From contig JAYSWN010000096.1 in assembly GCA_043718025.1 (NCBI GenBank), forward strand, positions 1 to 30,949: DNA of 30,949 nucleotides, given 5' to 3'. The stretch comes from Pseudomonadota bacterium (GTDB lineage: Bacteria; Bdellovibrionota; FAC87; UBA2466). Positions 24,937-30,949 of this stretch are shown here, piece after piece (position 1 is the first letter of the stretch; each line of letters begins with the position of its first letter). The notes beneath the pieces are model-generated. The model ran no database searches. It saw only the letters and a program-made list of their open reading frames with translations, and had not been told where the DNA came from. The translations under genes and the position numbers were made by a program.

Positions 24937-26078
24937 TTTGGCGCCTTTCATCCGCACACCAGGCTCTATTCGAAACGGTAACCGACTTTGCCAAACGAGA
25001 GTTGGCGCCTAAAGCCGAAGAGATCGACGAAAAAGAGAGTTACAACGAAGCTGCGTTTCGCAAAATGGGCGAAATTGGCGTGCTGGGGATCACCGTTTCG
25101 GAAGAGTACGGGGGAATTGGCGAGGGGGCGGTGGCGGCCACCGTGGTGATGCACGCGTTTAGCGAAGCCTGCGCTTCCACCACTTTGTCGTATCTCGCCC
25201 ACACCATGCTGTGCGTGAACAACATTTTTGAAAACGCTTCGGAAGCGCAAAAGCGGAAGTACCTACCTAAGTTAATCAGCGGCGAGCATTTTGGGGCGAT
25301 GGCGATGACCGAACCCGGGGCCGGAAGTGATGCACTGGGCATGACCACTCGCGCGGTAAAAAAAGGCAATAAGTACATTCTCAATGGCGCAAAAACGTTC
25401 ATCACCAATGGTCCCATTGCCGACACTTACGTGGTTTACGCGCGCACTGGTGATATCAAAAAGCAGGTTTCCACATTCATAGTTGAAAAAGGGTTTTCGG
25501 GTTTCAAAGTCGGTAAGAAGTTGCGCAAAATGGGAATGCGTGGCTCACCCACCTCCGAGCTGTTTTTCGAAAACTGCGAAGTGCCGGAAGAAAATTTAGT
25601 GGGCTCAGAAAACGAAAGCGTTTCCCACATGATGAAAAATTTGAATATCGAGCGCATCACTATTTCGGGAATTTCGCTCGGCATTGCTGAAGCTTCGGTC
25701 AAGTTTGCGGCGAAGTACGCCACCGAGCGTTCCCAGTTCCAAACTCCGATTTCGCAGTTTCAGATGGTGCAAGAACGACTCGCGGAAATGAAAACCCGTT
25801 TAGATGCCGCCGAAGCGCTGGTTTATTTGTCGGCCGAAAAATTCGATGCCGGTGAGTCTAATATGTCGCTCGGCGCGGAGAGTAAACTCTTTAGCGCGCA
25901 GATGGCAACGCAGGTAGCGTTAGACGCCATTCAGATTTTAGGTGGCTACGGTTACATGAAAGAGTACCCGGTTGAGCGTTACATGCGCGACGCCAAGCTT
26001 TTAGAAATTGGGGCCGGCACCAACGAGGTGATGCGCCTGCTCGTTGCCAAAGATCTCTTGAAAAAGGTAGGCGGGTAA
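24933..26078 (+). CDS. ivd: Isovaleryl-CoA dehydrogenase-type acyl-CoA dehydrogenase
   Basis: AMTEPGAGSD, KTFITNGP, KMGMRGSPT, NIERI (IVD-type catalytic Glu) and DAKLLEIGAGTNE. Confidence 0.85.
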   Translation: MIWRLSSAHQALFETVTDFAKRELAPKAEEIDEKESYNEAAFRKMGEIGVLGITVSEEYGGIGEGAVAATVVMHAFSEACASTTLSYLAHTMLCVNNIFENASEAQKRKYLPKLISGEHFGAMAMTEPGAGSDALGMTTRAVKKGNKYILNGAKTFITNGPIADTYVVYARTGDIKKQVSTFIVEKGFSGFKVGKKLRKMGMRGSPTSELFFENCEVPEENLVGSENESVSHMMKNLNIERITISGISLGIAEASVKFAAKYATERSQFQTPISQFQMVQERLAEMKTRLDAAEALVYLSAEKFDAGESNMSLGAESKLFSAQMATQVALDAIQILGGYGYMKEYPVERYMRDAKLLEIGAGTNEVMRLLVAKDLLKKVGG

Positions 26079-26079
26079 A

Positions 26080-27231
26080 ATGGCCCTGCCGTTGATTCCG
26101 CCTCCTTCTGTTCAGGAACAGAAATGGCGCGATATTGCAAAAAAGTTTGCCAATGAGGTGTTGCGGCCCACGGTGCTCGAAGACGACGAAGCCTGTCGCT
26201 TTCGCCGTGAGTATTTTGATCAAGCCGCCAAATTAGGCCTGGCCGCGATTTCGTTTCCCACCTCCGACGGCGGCCAGGGGCAACCCTACGTCTGTTTTTA
26301 CGGCGCGATGGAAGAGATAGCGCGGGTGTCAATGTCGATGGCGGTAACTTTGGGCGTTACCACCTTGGTGCAGGGCGCGGTTTCTCGCTACGGCACGCCT
26401 GCGCAAAAAGAACGTTTCTTGCTACCTCTGCTTACGGGAAAGATGATTGGCGCTTTTTCGTTGTCGGAACCGCATTCTGGCTCCGACGCCACCGCTTTGA
26501 TCTGCTCGGCAAAAAAGGTGGACGGCGGCTACCGCATCAACGGCACCAAATGTTGGGTGAGCACGGCCGGCTCGGCCGACGTGTATTTACTCATCGCCCG
26601 AACCGCGGAGCATAAAACCCGGGGTATCACCTCATTTTTAGTGCCCAAAGAGACCAAAGGGTTTCGCGTCGGCAAACAAGAAAAAAAACTGGGCCTACGC
26701 TCTTCTCCGCTGGCCGAATTAGTTTTTGAAGACGCCTTTATTCCTGACGACCAGCGCTTGGCCGGAGAAGGCGAGGGCATTGCCGTAGCGCTTTCGCAGT
26801 TAGATGCGGGCCGTATCACCATTGGCGCCGGGGGAATTGGGATTGCTTGCGAAGCGCTAGAGCGTGGCTGGAAGTACTTTCGCGATCGTGAGAAAAAATA
26901 CGGTGTTCCGTTCGAACCCATCGCGCAGCAAGCCTTTGCTTACCACTACACCGAAGTGCAGAGCGCCCGTGGTCTTATCAAAGCCGCGGCCGAGTCGCGT
27001 GATCGCGGAGAAAAATTTACGCTGATTGCGGCGCAAGCCAAGCTGCTGGGCAGTGAAGTGGGAGTTAAAGTCTGCTCCGAGGTGCTCTCGTGGTGCGGTG
27101 AACAGGCAATGTCGCACGAGTTTGGCATTGAACGACTGCTGCGTGATTCGCGCGCCTTGCCGATTGTTGAAGGCACCAATCAGATTCAAAAGCTGGTGAT
27201 TGCGCGCGAGATGGAGGATTCCTTTGCTTGA
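26080..27231 (+). CDS. Acyl-CoA dehydrogenase (short-chain/butyryl-like)
   Basis: FSLSEPHSGSD, KKLGLRSSP, LDAGRI and IVEGTNQIQ. Confidence 0.93.
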   Translation: MALPLIPPPSVQEQKWRDIAKKFANEVLRPTVLEDDEACRFRREYFDQAAKLGLAAISFPTSDGGQGQPYVCFYGAMEEIARVSMSMAVTLGVTTLVQGAVSRYGTPAQKERFLLPLLTGKMIGAFSLSEPHSGSDATALICSAKKVDGGYRINGTKCWVSTAGSADVYLLIARTAEHKTRGITSFLVPKETKGFRVGKQEKKLGLRSSPLAELVFEDAFIPDDQRLAGEGEGIAVALSQLDAGRITIGAGGIGIACEALERGWKYFRDREKKYGVPFEPIAQQAFAYHYTEVQSARGLIKAAAESRDRGEKFTLIAAQAKLLGSEVGVKVCSEVLSWCGEQAMSHEFGIERLLRDSRALPIVEGTNQIQKLVIAREMEDSFA

Positions 27232-28477
27232 ATTTACCCACCGCGACTTAAAGCTGAGCCTAGGAAACCACTCCGCCACGGATCCGGTTTTACTTGCCAC
27301 CGCCGTTGAAAAGTTTCGGCACCGCACTCAGAGCGGTAAAGTTGGTTTTTATGATTGGCCCGAAACCATTCCCGCTGGCCTAATCGATGAGATCTCACGA
27401 TTGGGGGAAGGGCTGATGGCGCGTTGCCAAGGGGTCATTATCTTCGGCATCGGCGGCTCGTTTTTAGGCGGCGCGGCGATTCAGCAGGCGCTTTGTGCCG
27501 GGGCTAAGAGCGAAAAATTTCCGCTCTACTGGGTGGGAAATTCCGATTCCGGAGTGATTGCCGGGGCCGAAAGCTTTTTGCAAAATCGCAAGTGTGCGGC
27601 GATTGTCATCAGTAAGTCTGGCAACACCACCGAAACCATGGCGAGTTTTTTTCACTTGGCCCACCATTTTACTAAAGAAAATGTTGTCGCTATTACCGAT
27701 GCGAAAAGTGGCGAGCTTCGCCGGCTGGCGACGGAGCAGGGCTGGCAAACATTTTCGGTACCCGCCAACATCGGTGGCCGGTACAGCGTGTTTACGGCGG
27801 TAGGCCTTTTGCCCACGTACCTCATGGGGGTTTCGCCAAGTGGTTTGCTGAAAGGCGCCAGGCAGATGCGCAACGAGCTTGAAGCCTCGAATATGAAATC
27901 GGCGCTTGAATATGCCGCTGCTTTCGCGCGGTGGGATCGGCAAGAGAAACGGCCGGTGCATGTTTTGATGGGTTATCGCGACGGTTTAAAACGGACCACC
28001 GAATGGTTTGTGCAGCTGTGGGGCGAGAGCCTCGGCAAAAAGCATCCGCAGGGCGGAGCGGTGGGTGCCACCCCGCTATCGGCGATTGGCACTGCCGATC
28101 AGCACTCTCTGCTTCAGCTCTTTAAAGAGGGCCCGGCCGACAAAGTGATCGGGTTTTTGGAAGTGAAAGAGGCGGCCGGTGAAGTCACCGTGAAAAAGCC
28201 CCCCTTTTCGCCGGGCAGTCTTGAGTATTGCGTTGGAAAAACCTTTTCGCGGTTAACTAATGAAGCGCTAAACGCGGTGGAGAAGAGTCTTAATTTATCG
28301 GGCGTTCCCACTTATCGGTTTTCTTTGCCCGAGCTCAGCGAAGAGACACTCGGCGCGTTCTTCTTTTTTCAAATGACGGCCTGCGCCTTAGCCGGTGAAC
28401 TCTACGGTGTGGACGCTTTTGACCAGCCGGGCGTCGAAGAGGCTAAGCAACTGCTTAAAAAAGCTCTGATTTCCTAA
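27224..28477 (+). CDS. pgi: Glucose-6-phosphate isomerase (short type)
   Basis: GIGGSFLG, ISKSGNTTET, GGRYSV, QLWGESLGK, DQHS and FDQPGVEEAK. TTG at 27224 follows GGAGGA. Confidence 0.95.
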   Translation: MLEFTHRDLKLSLGNHSATDPVLLATAVEKFRHRTQSGKVGFYDWPETIPAGLIDEISRLGEGLMARCQGVIIFGIGGSFLGGAAIQQALCAGAKSEKFPLYWVGNSDSGVIAGAESFLQNRKCAAIVISKSGNTTETMASFFHLAHHFTKENVVAITDAKSGELRRLATEQGWQTFSVPANIGGRYSVFTAVGLLPTYLMGVSPSGLLKGARQMRNELEASNMKSALEYAAAFARWDRQEKRPVHVLMGYRDGLKRTTEWFVQLWGESLGKKHPQGGAVGATPLSAIGTADQHSLLQLFKEGPADKVIGFLEVKEAAGEVTVKKPPFSPGSLEYCVGKTFSRLTNEALNAVEKSLNLSGVPTYRFSLPELSEETLGAFFFFQMTACALAGELYGVDAFDQPGVEEAKQLLKKALIS

Positions 28478-28506
28478 ACGGCATTGGGTTTGGGTATAAT
28501 AGGGGC

Positions 28507-29424
28507 ATGGCCAATTCGAATCAAAAAGCCCCCGAAGGTGACAAAACCGCGGTCGCCGAAAGCGATACGCTGCGCATTCGGTTAGAGGAAGCCAAAACGG
28601 CTTCGCCGGTGCTCGTCGTTATTTCTGGTAAACCACTCGGTAAGTCGTTTTTTATTACCAAAGAGAGCATGGTGCTCGGCCGGGATCTGCAGACCGATAT
28701 TAGCATTGGTGAAACCTCAATTTCACGTCGGCACACTGAGTTTCGGTTTACCCCCGAAGGCGTTTACGCCAAAGACTTGGGCAGTACGAATGGCACTTAC
28801 GTAAACGATCAAAAAGCTGAAGTCGAACGCATGCTGCAAGATGGCGATCTGATCCGCTGCGGCAATACGATTTTAAAATTCCTGCGCGAAGGCAAGATCG
28901 AAAACATTCACTACGACAAGATGTACCAATTGGCCAACGTTGATGACCTTACCGGGGCGTTGAACAAAAAGGCCGTGAACGAAATTATTGTTGAAGAATT
29001 TTCGCGATCGGTCTCCAAACAGAGCCCTTTGACTCTGCTGGTTTTTGATATCGACCATTTTAAAAAGACCAACGACATGTTTGGCCATCCGGCCGGCGAT
29101 TACGTTTTAAAAGAGACCTGCGGTCTGATCAAAAACCGCATGACTCGGCAAAAAGATGCTTTGGGCCGTATCGGTGGCGAAGAGTTTGCTTTGGTCCTTC
29201 GTGAAACGCCGCTCAGGGTAGCGGTGGAGGTGGCCGAACGTATTCGATCGACCATTGAGAAAAACAACTTTGTATTCGATGGCCACCAGATACCGGTCAC
29301 CATAAGCATTGGCATTTGTGCACTGGACTCGACGATAAAAAGCCCCGAAGATCTAATGAGCACCGCCGACAAAGCCCTCTACGACGCCAAGAACCAAGGC
29401 CGCAATCGGGTGTGTGTGCGTTGA
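28507..29424 (+). CDS. dgcB: FHA-GGDEF diguanylate cyclase, DgcB-like
   Basis: N-tail DKTAV; FHA motifs LGR, SRRH and GSTNGT; DIDHFKKTND; RQKD I-site; GGEEF. Confidence 0.85.
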   Translation: MANSNQKAPEGDKTAVAESDTLRIRLEEAKTASPVLVVISGKPLGKSFFITKESMVLGRDLQTDISIGETSISRRHTEFRFTPEGVYAKDLGSTNGTYVNDQKAEVERMLQDGDLIRCGNTILKFLREGKIENIHYDKMYQLANVDDLTGALNKKAVNEIIVEEFSRSVSKQSPLTLLVFDIDHFKKTNDMFGHPAGDYVLKETCGLIKNRMTRQKDALGRIGGEEFALVLRETPLRVAVEVAERIRSTIEKNNFVFDGHQIPVTISIGICALDSTIKSPEDLMSTADKALYDAKNQGRNRVCVR

Positions 29425-29576
29425 GGGTTGGTGGTTCGTTAGGTCAGTCCCACTGAAGCCGCGTTCTCAGCAAGCCAACTTTACCCTCAGCCCAAAAATG
29501 AAGAAATCAGCTTAATCCTTTACCGCCGAGCGTCCGAAGAGCTGCAGAGGCTTTTAACGACACATTGGAGGATACT

Positions 29577-30686
29577 GTGAAGCGAGTTTTTTCATTTTTA
29601 ACCGTGGTGGCCCTCGTGGCTGGCGCGCTGGTTTTCAACCAAGGCTGCGGTAAAGCAAGCGCCGACGCCACTAAAGTTACCCAAAGTTACGGCGGACCTG
29701 GCTCCGAATTCAAAGCGACCTTAAACCCTGACGGCACTTGCCAGGTGACTCACGCCCCTTCTGTAGGCGCGGCAGTTGATCTAACTGTGGTCTGCACTTT
29801 TGTTCGCTTGGCCACTGGCTACGTAAAGTTGACCGTGGTGAGTTCAAGCGGCACGGCGACGGATAAACCGGCGGCCGGCGTTCAAGCCTACGGCTTAGAA
29901 ATTCCCGGCTTCGCCTTTTTGATGAAACCGATTGGAAGCGGCGATAGCCATATCATTCCAATGGTGGTTTCCGGCAGCTGCCCGACCGCCAATTTTTCGG
30001 CGAACTGGGTACTGGGTGAGAAGCGCGATGACGACGACGCTCTTCAGACCACTAACGATTACTTTGGAACTTTTTCTTATAACGCTACCACTGGCGCCGG
30101 AACGATTCCTACGAAGTACGCCTTGGCAGGTCCTTTTACCTCTCTCACTGGTGGTGCCGGAGTTACCGGTCTAAGTGCTTGCGCCAACGGCCAGATGAAT
30201 TTTACCGGAGGATCGATGTGGCTGACCCAGCAGGGCGGCGCACTGGTGCACTCGACCAACGGCGTGGAAAACGAGGATCAAATTATTATCGCCATGCCGC
30301 AGTCCACGCTGACCACGGCCGCACTGGCCGGAAACTACGGCGGTTTGGGTTTCGACAAAAACGGTGGTTCGGGACAGAAAGTGTTCCCCATCACGGGCGT
30401 GGCCACGGCAACCGACGCTAATACGCTGACCATTGTCGGTACGAAAGTTTCGGACATAGAAACCGGCGCGGTTACTAGCGATCAGGCCACCGTCACTTTG
30501 ACTGCGCTAAACAGTCCCAGTGCAGGCTTCATGACCGGTGTAGTGACTCAGGGCGCGCTAACCGGCAAGATGGCTTGCATGGGCGCGGCCAACGTGGTGA
30601 GCTCGGGCAAGAACATGATGTTCTGCATCGGTCAGTCCCCCAACCAGAACTCGAAAATCTTCAACATCTTGTTAGTTTCAAAGTAA
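29577..30686 (+). CDS. Thr/Gly-rich beta-rich lipoprotein, hypothetical
   Basis: GTG at 29577 after GGAGGA; hydrophobic stretch ending VFNQG-C; six further Cys. Confidence 0.85.
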   Translation: MKRVFSFLTVVALVAGALVFNQGCGKASADATKVTQSYGGPGSEFKATLNPDGTCQVTHAPSVGAAVDLTVVCTFVRLATGYVKLTVVSSSGTATDKPAAGVQAYGLEIPGFAFLMKPIGSGDSHIIPMVVSGSCPTANFSANWVLGEKRDDDDALQTTNDYFGTFSYNATTGAGTIPTKYALAGPFTSLTGGAGVTGLSACANGQMNFTGGSMWLTQQGGALVHSTNGVENEDQIIIAMPQSTLTTAALAGNYGGLGFDKNGGSGQKVFPITGVATATDANTLTIVGTKVSDIETGAVTSDQATVTLTALNSPSAGFMTGVVTQGALTGKMACMGAANVVSSGKNMMFCIGQSPNQNSKIFNILLVSK

Positions 30687-30711
30687 GCCTAAGTACCGTC
30701 TTGAATTTCAC

Positions 30712-30748
30712 AAATCCTCCGCCGGGAAACCTGCGGAGGATTTTTTTT
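30712..30748 (+). terminator. Rho-independent terminator
   Basis: AAATCCTCCGC-loop-GCGGAGGATTT followed by a T-run. Confidence 0.9.
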
Positions 30749-30852
30749 GCTTTTTCAAGCCAAGAGGGGATTCGCGCTATGCACTCCGCGGTGGTGATGA
30801 TGGCAGAGAAAAATTAGATTTTCGGCGTGGTTAAGCTGGGCGGTTTCCTTAA

Positions 30853-30949
30853 GAGGGTGTCTCAAAACCTTATGTAGAGCCGCGTTCCTGTCATTGCGTA
30901 GCAGGCGCGGCAACCTTTGGCCTGCTTGGTTTTGTCGACGTCCCTCTTC
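30853..30949. mobile_element. Second copy of the MITE-like repeat (left end; runs off the window)
   Basis: TAA|GAGGGTGTCTCAAAA terminal repeat, then sequence near-identical to 3400-3483. Confidence 0.75.

Noticed and set aside
29505..29545. Possible sigma28 promoter (TCCGAAGA) before the last lipoprotein
   Set aside because: No convincing -35 element at the proper spacing.
373..30817. Numerous short antisense or alternate-frame ORFs in the track
   Set aside because: They are shadows of well-supported genes, with no motifs or RBS support.

Overview
Bacterial chromosomal segment, most likely from a Bdellovibrionota-like (predatory delta-proteobacterial) organism. This is inferred from a DgcB-type FHA-GGDEF cyclase, a RomR-like receiver next to birA-coaX, and many secreted or lipoprotein orphans. 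Housekeeping content: coaX, birA, a DAACS symporter, a partial complex I block (nuoB-C-D-I), rhodanese, transglutaminase-like protein, rpsT, M1 aminopeptidase, GT2, tRNA-Leu(CAA), two acyl-CoA dehydrogenases and pgi. The most notable unexplained structure is a set of orphan secreted-protein loci behind sigma54-type GG-N10-GC promoters. (i) Three tandem secreted proteins at 1-5583 appear by eye to share a divergent helical core, and one carries a C-terminal CxxCH haem site. (ii) A paralogous Cys/Met-motif pair plus a barrel-like protein lies at 15214-18781 with TGTC-N9-GACA palindromes upstream. Also seen: a six-Cys defensin-like prepropeptide, an unannotated 28-aa Lys-rich peptide, a two-copy MITE-like repeat abutting a gene remnant, a 61-62 bp dispersed tandem repeat, a probable CTG start for birA, and possible leaderless transcripts. 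All homology calls come from motif recognition; no searches were run.
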